Of a DNA stretch of 64,000 nucleotides, positions 28,592-41,300 are shown one piece after another. The DNA comes from Piromyces finnis finn (lineage: Eukaryota > Fungi > Neocallimastigomycota): NCBI GenBank assembly GCA_002104945.1, contig MCFH01000005.1:1240001-1304000 (forward strand). The letters run 5' to 3'. A program made the translations under genes and the position numbers. The notes under the pieces are model-generated. The model was not told where the DNA came from. It worked only from the letters and a program-made list of their open reading frames with translations, and searched no databases. Each line of letters begins with the position of its first letter. Positions within the stretch are counted from its first letter, which is position 1.

Positions 28592-29294
28592 ATGATTACT
28601 GAAATTGAACCACAATCACAAGAAACTAATCAAATTGAAATTGAAAATGCTTTAAAGACTAAGGGTGAAAAAGTTCAATTTAATTTTACACACCTTCCAA
28701 ATGCAAAATTTCCAGGTTTTTGTAGTAAAGAAACAAAAGAATATTTTGAAAAATGGTATTTTGAAATAAAATAGTTTAACTAAATTATTCAATATAAATG
28801 TTATACTATTGTATATGTAAATAATAATAATAATAATAATAACTAAACAACTAAAAACTTTTTTTTATATACCTAATATTATATATATATATAAATGAAC
28901 AACAAAAAATAATGTTACTAAAAAATAAAAGGGGATTTTCTGGTCATACCTATGTAGAACGTTTTTCATATGATAAATATTTCCAATCTTATCAAATTAA
29001 TACTTTCCTTCAAAACTTTTTTAATAATCCAGAAGTTCGTTCTGTTTTAAAAGTGTATGGTTCTCTTGACCAATGGGGTCATCTTGGTGAAGTAAAAAAT
29101 ATTCAATTTGAAGAGTTAAATAAAACGGTAACTTCTCTTGATTTTTTTGATAAATTAGAACAAAATAGTAAGTATTAATAATGAATCATACATATAACAA
29201 AAAAAAAAAAAAAAAAGGAAATGTAATAGCTTGTTTTTCCACCCTAAAATTATTATTGATAAATAGGATAAACAAATTATGGTTTATCCATTGA

Positions 29295-29326
<32 letters not shown>

Positions 29327-29956
29327 CTTTTATAATAAATAAATAGCATAACTAATATAAAAAATTATTATTATTTTAATAAAAAAAAAAAAAAAAAAAA
29401 GGAATCATTCGTTCTGACGGTACTATTATAAAATGCTTTGACGAATATACCGATCATTTCATTGTATCTGACGAACTTCGCAAGTGTATATTAATGCCTG
29501 AATTCGAAACTTATGATATATTTAGTGAAGAAGACCGTAAGGAATTCTTATTCCATATATTCCAGACACTTGTCCTTGGCGGAATAATATGTCAGTATGA
29601 AGATGAAATCCAAAAATATTTTGATATAAGTAAAGTTTTATACAAAGATTTTGTTAGGTATTAATTTTATTTTATTTTTTTTTTTTTTAATTTCAAAATT
29701 ACATTTCCAATTTAAATTTCACATTTTAATTCTTAATATTATTTTATTTTTTTTAAAAAAAATTAGAGTAACAAGAGATAGTAAAACAAAAAAACTAAAT
29801 ATACTTTCTATGGTGTACAAAATTAATGACCTAGAGTCATCCCTTTCACCACTATTCCCTATTGATCACCCACAAAACTTCATGTATTTAACCATTGATC
29901 CTTTAAATAGATATGTTACAATATGGTACCATGCCTCAGACAATTATTACCAATAA
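28592..29956 (+). CDS. CFAP300: Cilia/flagella-associated protein 300 (C11orf70 homolog), 4 exons
   Basis: Exons encode FSYDKYFQSYQINTFLQNFFNNPEV, SDELRKCIL, REFLFHIF-like RKEFLFHIFQTLVLGG..CQYED, YKDFV/RVTRD and FMYLTIDPLNRYVTIWYH, matching the C11orf70 family. This fits flagellated zoospores. Confidence 0.88.
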
Positions 29957-30193
29957 ATCCTTTTTTCATTTAAACAAACTATTAAAACTTTCATCACCAT
30001 GTATTATATAATAATCTTTTCATTTTTTAAATAATAAAAATTTACTAATTGATATACAACATTTTTTCAAAATTTTTCTTAATATCCATTACACATTCTC
30101 TATTTTATATAATTTTTTATAATTTTTTTATATTTTTTTTAAATTTTTTTATTTGTCTTATTTTATTTGTATTTATTACAAAGTCCTATTAAC

Positions 30194-30553
30194 TTAGTTG
30201 TTGGCAATAGTAACTTCGACTTCAACTCCTGGTTCGATGGAGATGGAAGTGATCTTCTTAACGATTTCACTTGGGGAGTGAAGATCGATGAGTCTCTTGT
30301 GGATTCTCATTTCGTAACGATCCCAGGTCTTGGAACCTTCACCACATGGGGTCTTTCTGGTGGTGATACGGAGAACCTTGGTTGGGAGACGGACTGGACC
30401 CTTAACCTTAAGGTTGGATTCCTTGGAACGAGCAATAAGGTCAGAGCAGACCTTTTCAAGAGACTTGACGTTTCTGGAAGTTAAAGTGATTCTGATTCTG
30501 TGAATCTTGGAAACTTCTTCAACACCCTTCTTATCTTGTGCGACGTAAGACAT
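30194..30553 (-). CDS. RPS20: 40S ribosomal protein S20 (uS10)
   Basis: [61 protein letters not shown]. The true ATG is at 30553 (MSYVAQDKK); the ORF-track extension upstream is non-coding (5' UTR and its putative intron). Confidence 0.97.
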   Translation of the reverse strand: MSYVAQDKKGVEEVSKIHRIRITLTSRNVKSLEKVCSDLIARSKESNLKVKGPVRLPTKVLRITTRKTPCGEGSKTWDRYEMRIHKRLIDLHSPSEIVKKITSISIEPGVEVEVTIANN

Positions 30554-31078
30554 TTTAAATATGTTTCTGTTAATATTTAAATAAAATACCAATCCATCAA
30601 TAATATTATATTGAAAAACATAATAAAAATAAATATGTTAATATTTTCATCATCCTTATTAAAAAAAAAAAATTATCCTATTCTATTTAAAAATTTATAT
30701 TCATAATTCATACCAGCGGTGACACTACCTTACAAATAAAATTTGAGAGAGAGTTTTAAAAATTTTTTTTTTTTTTTGGTTTCTATCATCTAAAAAAAAA
30801 AATTACCAATCATCAACTAAAATGTATTACGTATTGAATTTATGTATACATTAATACTAATGTATATTTACTATAAATTATATAGTATATTTTATTCTAT
30901 ATTATTTCTATTGAAATTTTTATCTATTATTATTATAATTAATTTTGGATTGTATTATCGTCTACATAATAATAATATGTAGAATAATTTGAAAAGAAAA
31001 AAGTATTAAGTTTTGAATAATAGTATTTTGTATTAAAGTTTTATAATTAGCTTGTTATTGTTATTGATATTGTTATTT

Positions 31079-32368
31079 TTAAATTTCATCCCATTGAATT
31101 TCATTTGTTAATTTGTTATTTAAACAATATTCAAGAATTCCTTTTAATTCAGGACAGCTATTAGAATATGGATTATTTCTATTGAAAGGATTTCTGTCTA
31201 TTTTTTTCTGTTTCAATACACCTTCACAACCAAATGGATCTTTTTTAAAATTATTAATTGAATGTTTCACTTCAAAATCAGGTAAATTATCGGGCATTTC
31301 AGTTATTTTTTCTGGGAATATTTTTGAAGAATTATCTTCGTCTATTAAGTCATATGTTATACCAACAAATTGAAATTTATTTTCTGGGTATTTTATTGCT
31401 TTTCTATGTAAATTGAAAAAGCGATATTGCTTGTATGGATATGATATGAGTGTTATGAATTTTGGATATTTACCTTTATAAAAAATAAAATAAAATAAAA
31501 TAATAAATGATTATTTAATATATAGAGAGTATTTACTTTTTACACTATTAATTCAATTTATTACCAGTAAATTCATGGTATCTACAAATACTGAAAATAA
31601 GATTTTCGTATGAATCCTTGGCAAATTCTTCAGAAGTTGCTCTTTCTTTAATATTTTCTATATCTAACCATTTCATTGAATTTGCAATGAACCAATAACT
31701 TTGACCTTCTGTCATTGGTCCAGCTCTATTTTGAGTTTGTCCTATGATGCATTATGCATTGAATTAATTTCTATATTTAACTTTTCAATATCATTATTAT
31801 TTTCTATTTTATAATTACCTCCGGAAAATATTAAAGTACTATTTTTATTATATTTTGCAATTAAAATTCCTGTTAAAATATGTGTTAAGAAAGTATTAAT
31901 TTCTTCTCTTTGGAATGGTTGTATATTCCAGTCATTAACTTCTATTGGAATTTTATTTATTGTTTTTCCAATACCATGACCAGCAACAATAATTAAATGC
32001 TTAATTAATTAACAAAATAATTAGTTACTTTATATAATATACATTATATGCATTATATATATTATATTAGTAAAAATTACATCTTCTATTTTCGGTATAG
32101 TAGAATTCTCATAATACTCATGTATAATTTTATCAAGTTTATTTAAAGTAGAATCGTCCAAGGCATATTTATTAGTTTTTATTAGATTTTTATATAAACA
32201 TAAAATAATTATACTCAGACACAATATATAAATAAAATATTTTTTGAAAAAACGTTTTACTATATTAAATCTAAAATTTTCCTGTTTTTTTGATTCTTTA
32301 TAACGAGGAATTAAATCCTCTTTTTCATGTTCAAAAATAGTTAATTTTAACCTATTTGTAAATCCCAT
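31079..32368 (-). CDS. Membrane-anchored DUF218-like / yeast YOR238W-family protein, 4 exons
   Basis: Spliced exons: N-terminal TM, HLIIVAGHG, LIFSGGQTQNRAGPMTEGQSYW, TSEEFAKDSYENLIFSICRYHEFTGKYPKFIT, RFFNLHRKAI, KKIDRNPF..PYSNSCPEL. Confidence 0.72.
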
Positions 32369-33071
32369 AATATTAAACTTTTTTTTTTTTTTTAATTTTA
32401 TTTTATTTTTTTTTTTTTTTTTTTAATTATTTATTCTTTTTCATTTTAGTATAATTTTAAGTTTAATATATATTATAATTAAGATATTTCTGTATTCATA
32501 TAATAATATATTATATTAAACTATAATTCAATTAAAATAGTTTAAATAACAAGATTAAAGATGCTTTCTATAAATTTATAAAGTCATTTTAATTATAATT
32601 AAAAAGAATAAATGAAGCTAGTAATATGTAAAAATTATAATAATAATTAACTTTAATATTTCAAAAGTAATTATTATTATTTAAATTGTTTGCAAAAATT
32701 TGAAATAAAGTTCATAAAACAATAAATTAGGTAATAAGGTATTATTATTTTTCTCAACAGAATTTCTAAGTGAATAGAAACTTTTTTAAAATAACCAAAA
32801 AATAATAAAATATAAAATAATAATATTGCTTTGCAAAGTATAATATTTTTTAAAATTTTATAACACTATAACTCAAACATACTATTTCTTTTTTTTTTTT
32901 TTTTTTTAATTTTTTTTTAGCAACAAATTAAACTAATAACGATCTTTTTATATATAGAAATATAAAAATAAATATAATAACGAATAAAGTTTTCTTTTAT
33001 TTTTTTTTTTTTTTTTTAAAAAAAATATATATGAAATTGGTAAATATATATAAACTCTTGTATTACATATC

Positions 33072-36000
33072 TTATTTTAATAAAATTTGATAAGCTTCAA
33101 AAACTCCACAGAATTTTTCATCGGATAAAGAATATTTTTGTCTGGAATAGGTAAGAAGCTTTATAATTGGTAGTAACAAATTATCATTTGTTTCTATTAT
33201 TGGGATTATCTTAACGTTAGCATTAAATTTTATTTCTTTTGGTAAGGAAGAAAGTATGACATTATCCAGAAAGACTTTTTCCAATTTAGGAAGATCCCAT
33301 AAATCATCTGATAAACTTTGTAGTTTATTTTTTCGAATATCAATACTTTTTAAATAATCTAACTTTAAAATTTGAGTAGGAAATTCTGTTAATTGATTTT
33401 CACTAATATCTATTTCTTCTAGATATTGGAAATTTAAGATATCAATAGGTAGCTCTTTCAAACCCCTATGTTTTAAATTTACTTTACGAGTTTCAAAACA
33501 ATAGGAATACCTTTGATCATATGGATCTTCATATATATCTTCTTCAAAATCATCATCAATACCATAATTATCTAAATATTGATGAATGGATATCGATTCA
33601 TTAAGGTAAATAGTATTTAAGTTTGGTAGATAGCGTATTTCCTTTGGTATATTTGTTATATTTAGATTTCCACGAATAGAAAGTTCATTTAATTTCATTA
33701 GCTTACCTATTTCTTTTGGTAATTCAGTGACCTGATTATTATTGATGGATAATGCTTTCAAATTTTCTAAATTACCTATTTCTTTTGGTAATTTTTTCAA
33801 ATGATTATCACTAACATCCAAAGAATTCAATTGGCTTAATAATCCAATTTCTACTGGTAATTCGATTAATTGATTCTTAATTAAGGACAATACATTTAAT
33901 TGAGACATATTTCCTATTTCTATTGGTAATTGAGTTAATTGATTTTCAGTAATATATAATTTTTTTAATTGAATTAAATTTCCGATTTCTGGAGGTAATT
34001 TTTTTATCTGATTATGATTAAATTCTATTTCTACTAAGCTTATTAAATTACCAATTTCTTTCGGTATTTCAGTTAAATTATTTCTATAGCCATTTATAGT
34101 TTGAATTTCTTTCCACTTTCCTATTTCTGCTGGTAATTTTGTTAGTTTATTATAACTGATTTCTAAATGTATTAAATGAACTAAATTTCCTATTTCAACG
34201 GGTAGTTCACTCAAGTCATTTCCCCATAGCCATAATTCTCTTAAATTCGTTAGATTACCAATTTCTTTTGGTAATTCAACTAATTTATTATAAGTAAGTC
34301 GTAAAAAATTTAATTTCGTCAGCTTTCCTATTTCTTTTGGTAAGGTTGTTAAATGATTACTTGTTAGATTCAAATTTGTTAATTGTCGTAATTGACCAAT
34401 TTCTTTTGGTAAAGCGGTGATTTGATTATCACAAATAATTAATTCGGTTAAACTGGTGAAATCAGTGACACTCTTCGGTAATTCGGTTAAATGATTATAA
34501 GTAAGGTTTAATGATGTTATATTTTTTAATTCTTTTATTGTTTGGAGTAATTCTTCTAAACAATTAATATTACGAAGATTCAATTTTTTTAAATTAGTCA
34601 AATAACACATTTCTTTTGGTATTATTTTAAATCGACAACCATTTAAGTTTAGAATAGCTAGATTTTTTAATTCTTTTATCTCTATGGGAAATGTTTTTTT
34701 TACATCCTGTGCTTCTGTAATACTCATTTCTCTTAACTTTGTTAAGCCTCCTATTGCCTGTGGTATTTCATTTAGTTTAGTAAAGTTCATATGGAACAGA
34801 GTTAAATTACTTAAATTTTTTATTTCCATAGGTAACTTTAATCCCCAATTTTTACTAAGGTTTAACTCTTCTAAATTAATTAAGTTACCAATTTCTTTGG
34901 GTAATTTTCTTATTTCATTTAATTGAAGGAAAAGCTTTTTTAGATTCTTTAATTTTCCAATTTCACTTGGTAATACTTTTAATCTATTTAAACCAACGCC
35001 TAATAGTTCTAAATTTTCTAATTTTCCTATATCATTTGGTAATTCGCTTAATTCGTTATTAGAAAGTTTCAGAGTTTTCAATTGAGATAAATTTCCAATT
35101 TCTTCTGGTAAATTCATTAATTGATTATTCATAAGGTTAAGTTCAGCTAGTTGAGTTAAATTACCTATTTCTTTTGGTAATTTTTTTATTTGATTTAAGC
35201 AAACAGCTAATATTTTCAAGTTAACTAGTTTACCTATGCTATTTGGTATTACAATTAATTTATTAGCATTTATGTTTAATTCAATTAAATTTGTGAGATT
35301 TCCAATATCTTCAGGAAGTTTTTTTAAATAATTATTTTGTAAATTTAATACGGTTAAACATTTTAAATTAGTAATTTCTTCTGGTAAATTAATTAATTTA
35401 TTGTAACTAAGATCCAATTCTTTTAAATGGAATAAATTTTCAATTTCATTGGGCAACTTTTTTATATTATTTACATTTAAATTTAATTCAATTAAATTTG
35501 ACAAGTTTTTTATTTCCTTGGGTAATTTTTTTAAATGATTATTTTTAAATTTTAATTCAGTTAATCCTTTTAAATTAGTTATTTCTTCTGGGAACGTTTC
35601 AAAGGAATTTAAACTGAGATATAGCTTTTTTAAATTGGTTAAATTATTAATTTCTTTTGGTAATTCAGTTAAATTATTTTTACTTAAGTTCAATTCAGTT
35701 AAATTAGTTAATTTTCCTATTTCTTTTGGTATTTCTACTAATTCATTCTTGGCAAGATTTAAGCTTGTTAAATTGAGTAAATTGCCTATTTCTTTGGTTA
35801 ACCTTTTTAAGTGATTGTGAAAAAGATTTAATTCAACTAAATTCGTTAATTTTCCAATTTCATTTGGAGCTTCGATTAACTTTGCTTGCTCTATTTCTAA
35901 TACTTTTAAAGTTGTTGCTTTTCCTAGTAAAGTGGGAATTTTACTTCTCACACCAGAATTCTTATTTAACCTACTTTTAATTTTTAATTCCTTTAAATTG

Positions 36001-36122
36001 GAAAAAGTAATTCCTTTAATAGGAATATTTTTAAATTTTTTCTCATTTATATTAATTATTTCTCTATCATATTTACACAAATTTTTCTCTGAAATTAAAT
36101 CTGAATGATTTCGTTTTTCCAT
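33072..36122 (-). CDS. Intronless 1016-aa leucine-rich-repeat-only protein (23-residue LRRs)
   Basis: More than 30 tandem LPKEIGNLTNLxxLxLxxNxL units; no signal peptide and no catalytic domain recognised. Confidence 0.92.
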   Translation of the reverse strand: MEKRNHSDLISEKNLCKYDREIININEKKFKNIPIKGITFSNLKELKIKSRLNKNSGVRSKIPTLLGKATTLKVLEIEQAKLIEAPNEIGKLTNLVELNLFHNHLKRLTKEIGNLLNLTSLNLAKNELVEIPKEIGKLTNLTELNLSKNNLTELPKEINNLTNLKKLYLSLNSFETFPEEITNLKGLTELKFKNNHLKKLPKEIKNLSNLIELNLNVNNIKKLPNEIENLFHLKELDLSYNKLINLPEEITNLKCLTVLNLQNNYLKKLPEDIGNLTNLIELNINANKLIVIPNSIGKLVNLKILAVCLNQIKKLPKEIGNLTQLAELNLMNNQLMNLPEEIGNLSQLKTLKLSNNELSELPNDIGKLENLELLGVGLNRLKVLPSEIGKLKNLKKLFLQLNEIRKLPKEIGNLINLEELNLSKNWGLKLPMEIKNLSNLTLFHMNFTKLNEIPQAIGGLTKLREMSITEAQDVKKTFPIEIKELKNLAILNLNGCRFKIIPKEMCYLTNLKKLNLRNINCLEELLQTIKELKNITSLNLTYNHLTELPKSVTDFTSLTELIICDNQITALPKEIGQLRQLTNLNLTSNHLTTLPKEIGKLTKLNFLRLTYNKLVELPKEIGNLTNLRELWLWGNDLSELPVEIGNLVHLIHLEISYNKLTKLPAEIGKWKEIQTINGYRNNLTEIPKEIGNLISLVEIEFNHNQIKKLPPEIGNLIQLKKLYITENQLTQLPIEIGNMSQLNVLSLIKNQLIELPVEIGLLSQLNSLDVSDNHLKKLPKEIGNLENLKALSINNNQVTELPKEIGKLMKLNELSIRGNLNITNIPKEIRYLPNLNTIYLNESISIHQYLDNYGIDDDFEEDIYEDPYDQRYSYCFETRKVNLKHRGLKELPIDILNFQYLEEIDISENQLTEFPTQILKLDYLKSIDIRKNKLQSLSDDLWDLPKLEKVFLDNVILSSLPKEIKFNANVKIIPIIETNDNLLLPIIKLLTYSRQKYSLSDEKFCGVFEAYQILLK

Positions 36123-37002
36123 TTCATTTATTCATTTTATCTTGTTTTATAATTAATTTTTAATTTATTATTTATATTAAAATATTAAAAATATATATTT
36201 GATTAATTAATTTAAAAAATATATATATATTAATTATTATTATTATGTTTATTATTATTATTATTAGTAGTAGTAGTAGTAGTAGTAGTAGTACTTAACA
36301 AAAATAGAATATTGACGAAACATTTTATAAAAAATTGGTAAAGTTAACATAATACAAGTTGAATATCTCTAATAGGATTAGGCACAACATAAAGCATAGA
36401 TATATAGGTAATATTATAAAAAAAAAAAAAAAGTACATACATTAAATTTAAAATATTTTTAAAATTTAATATTATTCTAAATAAAAATTAAAATAAAAGT
36501 AAATATTATTTATATTATATATATACAATGTATTTATGATGTTCAATTTTTTCAATTCTATAAAACTTTACTTTTAGAAATTAAAATAAAAAAAAGAAAA
36601 AAGGGGGAAAAAAATAAAAGAAATATTAATATTAAAAATAAACACCGGTGTCTGTGTCTGTTATTCTGTTATATATATTATATATATATTTTTTTTTTAC
36701 ACTTTTTAATAATTTTTTTTTATTATTTTTATTTTTTATTGCTTAATACATTTTTTATTTTTTATTTTTTTTTTCTTTTGAATTTATTTCTATTCTATTC
36801 TATTCTTCTATTCTAATTCATCTATTTTTTTTTCTAAAAGACTTTAGATTCTAATTTTTATTTGATAATTTTTTAAAACATAGTAAGACAATATATAAAT
36901 GAATTGTCATTTTTTATATAAAAATAAAAACAAATGTTCTATTTTAATTGTCTTTTTTTTTTTTTTTTACTCTTTTTCTTAATCGCTCAAGATATATTAT
37001 AT

Positions 37003-38430
37003 TTAATTCAATTTCCCTTTAATGAGACATTGGAAAAAATTAGTATCTAACTTACATAAATGTTTATTACGACTACATTGACCTTCAGGTGTACAATATT
37101 GACCAAGTCCGCACTTTTTATTACCAGCACGTAAACCACATCCATAATATTTATTATTTCTAGAATAAACAGTATGTTTACCATTATTAATAAAAACGTT
37201 TGGTGCGCCTTCAGGAATACCGTCAATAATATTTTTTTCACCTATTCTAATTAAATATTCAAGCATAGTTTTAGTGGTGAACTTAATGTGTGGATTTTCA
37301 CTCATTATAGTAGCGGCAACACCGGCAACAATTGGTGAGGAAAATGAAGTACCAGAAATGATAAATTCAATATCTTCTGTTAAATATCCCTTATCCATTG
37401 GAGTAACTTTACAAACTTGACTAATATCTACCCCTAAAATAGAAGAAACATATTGATATACAATTTCTTCAAAATAAATATCACCGCGATAATGCATCCA
37501 AAATGGGGCATAAATATCAACCTCTTCTCCGTAATTAGAACGTTGATCTACAATATATCTTTCAGTCTTCATGGTGTCATCATAGTAACCATCATTAGGT
37601 ATGACAATCATTTCAGTCTTAATATTATTTTGAATTCCACCAACGCTAATAACATTATCTAAACCAGCTGGAACATTATGGAAATTATTCTTTTTAAATT
37701 CAGCAGTATCTGTTGATTCATTACCTGCAGCAGCAACAAAAACAGCACCTTCATTTGACATTTCAGTAATAATAGTTTGAAGTTCTTCGAGGACTTCACG
37801 TTTTTCTTCATACTGAGTACTATTAAAAGTATGACCAAATGAAAAATTAAAGACAGCCTTGTGTGGTCTAAATAAATGCTTTCTTACATATTTTAATCCA
37901 GCAATAATATCATTATAAAACATTGGATATTCTTCTTCATCATAATCATCATATTTTATAACAATACCATAAACATTAGCTTTATTAGCAACACCATAAA
38001 CATTGCCAGCAGCTGTGATTGAAGTTAATTTTCCATGGAAAGTATCAACATAACCATGGCAAACCTTTTCATTTTCACTTTTAGTAATATTACCATTTTC
38101 AATGTATATTACACACTTTGAAATTCGTTTATCTTTTGCTGTAAAATCTTCATTATCAAATTCAAAACCACCATCAAAAACAAAGATATCAATGTCTTTA
38201 CCTGCAGAAGCAGGATAATAATAATTTTTATCATATTTACCAACTAATTTATCATCAAACTTTCCCTGGGAAATTAATGAAAGGTGATTTGGAGCATTTT
38301 CTCTAATGTTAACTTCCTTCCAGTGAGTTTCGGATTTAATAAATTTTTTATCATAGTATTTTTTTGCATTAACATTGTTAATGAAAGAAATGACAAATAA
38401 AAATATAAAAATAAAATTTAAATTATTCAT
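37003..38430 (-). CDS. Secreted subtilisin-like serine protease (S8) with degenerate C-terminal CBM18/hevein-like module
   Basis: Signal peptide; catalytic motifs IFVFDGG (Asp), FHG (His), AAGNE (oxyanion Asn), SGTSFSSPIVAG (Ser); Cys-rich tail GCGLRAGNKKCGLGQYCTPEGQC. Confidence 0.9.
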   Translation of the reverse strand: MNNLNFIFIFLFVISFINNVNAKKYYDKKFIKSETHWKEVNIRENAPNHLSLISQGKFDDKLVGKYDKNYYYPASAGKDIDIFVFDGGFEFDNEDFTAKDKRISKCVIYIENGNITKSENEKVCHGYVDTFHGKLTSITAAGNVYGVANKANVYGIVIKYDDYDEEEYPMFYNDIIAGLKYVRKHLFRPHKAVFNFSFGHTFNSTQYEEKREVLEELQTIITEMSNEGAVFVAAAGNESTDTAEFKKNNFHNVPAGLDNVISVGGIQNNIKTEMIVIPNDGYYDDTMKTERYIVDQRSNYGEEVDIYAPFWMHYRGDIYFEEIVYQYVSSILGVDISQVCKVTPMDKGYLTEDIEFIISGTSFSSPIVAGVAATIMSENPHIKFTTKTMLEYLIRIGEKNIIDGIPEGAPNVFINNGKHTVYSRNNKYYGCGLRAGNKKCGLGQYCTPEGQCSRNKHLCKLDTNFFQCLIKGKLN

Positions 38431-39698
38431 TTTTTTTAAATATATTACTATTATTTTATTAATATTTAATTTCTAAATATATATATATAATAAATGGTGA
38501 AATTGTTAATTTAAATTATACATTGTTTATTAAAAATATAAATATAATTTTTAAATATTGAAATCATATATTATAATATAAGTAATTACATTTAAAAAAA
38601 AAAAAAAAAAGGTAATTACTTTATTGTATAATTACCTTTTTATTTATTTTTGATATATAGTTTAAAGGGTTTTTTTTATTTTGTTGTTGTTTTATAGTTT
38701 TCTTGATAAAAAAAAGAAGCGTTTTATTATAATTAGTTTTTAGTTTTTATGTCATTTAATACATATTATTGTGTTACAATATCTTTAAAATATTTATAAA
38801 TTTTATAAATAGATAAAACTTTTATATATTTTTACTAAATATACTTTTTCTATTATTACTTTCTTCTTTCTTTTTTCTTGTTTTTTTTATGAGAGAAGGA
38901 AAAAAAAAAAAAGATTTGATGTTAATCTTTAAATTATACTTTGCATTTTAATTTATTTAATTAATAGAATAAAAATTTTTTCAAAACTTTATTATTAAAG
39001 AAAAAAAAAAATATACATAAAATGCATTATTATGTATGATAATATTAAGCGTATTTTTTATCATATTTCTAAATACTTAAACATATATACGAAAAAAAAA
39101 AAAAAATTGAAAAAAGGTAAAATAGTATTATAGGATAAAATAAAAAAATAATAATAATCTTTTTAAATATTTATAGAAATAACTTAAATAGTTGAATAAT
39201 TGTTTGTGTAACAATTTTTTGTAAAAAAAAAAAAAAAGTCAGTTACATAAATACATATAACTATATATAATAAAAACATGAGAATTTGATAGATTTTGTC
39301 ATCATTCATTGATGTAAATAACAGTCATCTTAAACTGCTTATATTTGATTATTATTGATTTATATACAGTAGAAAAGGAATAGACTTATTTTAGGATATA
39401 ATAACTACCAGAAATTATAAAATAAGATTTGATCTTCATTGATTAATTACACTACTTGTTTTTCAACTTTGACTCCTTTTTTTTTTTTTTTTTTTGATTA
39501 GGAAGAGAATACACTTTTTTTTTTTTTTTGTATTTATTTATTTATTTAATATGTGATTTTACATTATATTAGGTGAGAGTATATATTGATATAATAAATA
39601 GTAAATAAAAATAATAGAATAAATATAAATAAAAATATAAATATAAAATAAATTAATTATTTAAAGCCACTATTATACTAAAGTATAATAATTATATT

Positions 39699-41300
39699 TA
39701 ACTTCCAATGGGACACCAAGTTAGAGATCAAAATTTTGCCATGGAACAAAATTATGATCTCCATTGGTTGTGCTGGCCTGTCTTACTGTTTCTTCAGTAT
39801 TGACACTCTTGGATGTTGCTTCAAATCTTTTGAACATTGACCATTACCTAAAAGTTGGATAATTTAATAACCAATGCTTAATACTCTGAACACCACACTT
39901 GCAACATGGACAGTGGTTAGGACAAACTGGATCAACAAGTTAGCAGCTTTTACAGCTTTAGCATCCAACTTGTATCCGCTTCTTGCGTTCAATAGCCAGT
40001 AGAAACCAAAGGAAAACTCTGGGTACTCGTAACATAATTTAATAAAATCTTTAGTTTCAAAAAATTTATTATTGTTATAGTATTGAGCTTTGATTGAATT
40101 TCCTTTAAAATCTTTCCAATAAAAATTTTTAACTGCTTTATCATCTCCATGCTTCTTTAGTTTTTTTATCAAGTGTCCTACTTGATTTGCACCACGAATA
40201 TTTTCTAAAGTTAGGAATATAATTAACAAGGTATAAGATAATATACAATTTGAGTTTTTCCCATTTGTTAATACTTCTAAATTGAAATGAAAAGACTGAT
40301 ATTTTTCTTCCTTTTTTCGAAAACCAAATTGTTCAGGTCTAATGAAATTATTATTAAGACCATATTCTGAGATTCTAGTGGTGCCAATTTTTGAAATCAA
40401 CTTAATATCATTATTGATAAGTGATATACCTCGGTATTTATCATAATCTGTCAAATCTCCCTTCTTAGGAATAGAAACAATACTGGATTCATTCCATGTC
40501 TCCATCCCAAATACGGTTGAATAATGTAAGAATAAAATTTAAACCATAAGCATTATTATCTGAAATGTCATTACCAGAAGAATTATTATCTGTAGCATTA
40601 TTAGAATCATTACTTGATAGAATTAATGCTTTATAAAATTCAATTGGAATACCATCCGGACCTGATGGTTTACAATTTGGAGTAGAGATGTTAGCTGACT
40701 TGACTTCATCAATACTAATATCTTGGTTGATATCCCATTCATCAAGCATAGGGAGTGAAAAACGTTTATTCGTTGGTTCTTCATACCAATACTCCAAATC
40801 AATACTTACATCACTTGGATCAGATGCAAGGTTTTCGAAATGATCATGCCACACCTCTAATTATTCTTCCATAGCAACAACTAAATCTCCATTCTTATTT
40901 TTAATTGGTTGAGCAATAAAGAAAGAATCTTTTCCAATTTTTGCAATTTTCTTGATCCATTTCCAGGCTTTCTTAGGATTATGACTCTTCATATACTCAC
41001 ATCCCGTTTTAATCCAATGAAGATATTCTTGTTTCCTAAATTCATTACATTTTTTGTGGATGCAATCGATGATCTTACGGTAGATTTTAATCCTTTTAAT
41101 AAACTCATCTGTATCGTAAATTCTTTCTTTTTTGAATCTCTTATACAACTTTTCCATTTCAGAATTTTCTTAGGAACATTAAAGTCATTAGAAAAATCTT
41201 CCATAGGAATAATTTTACCATTAATAAGCAGTGGCTTATGGTTTGATACAGTGACGTTCTCTTATAATTTTTGTTCAACAATGCATAACTTATGGTTCTA
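39699..41300 (-). mobile_element. Decayed, 5'-truncated and internally deleted LINE (non-LTR retrotransposon ORF2 remnant)
   Basis: Frameshifted pieces KPSGPDGIPIEFYK, WNESSIVSIPKKGDLTDYDKYRGISLIN and IRPEQFGFRK (RT N-terminal motifs). An alternative frame near 39.9 kb reads CPNHCPCCKCGVQSIKHWLLNY (C-terminal zinc knuckle, last Cys mutated). The 3' end is GGAAGTT plus an A-rich tail. The 5' limit is approximate. Confidence 0.88.
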
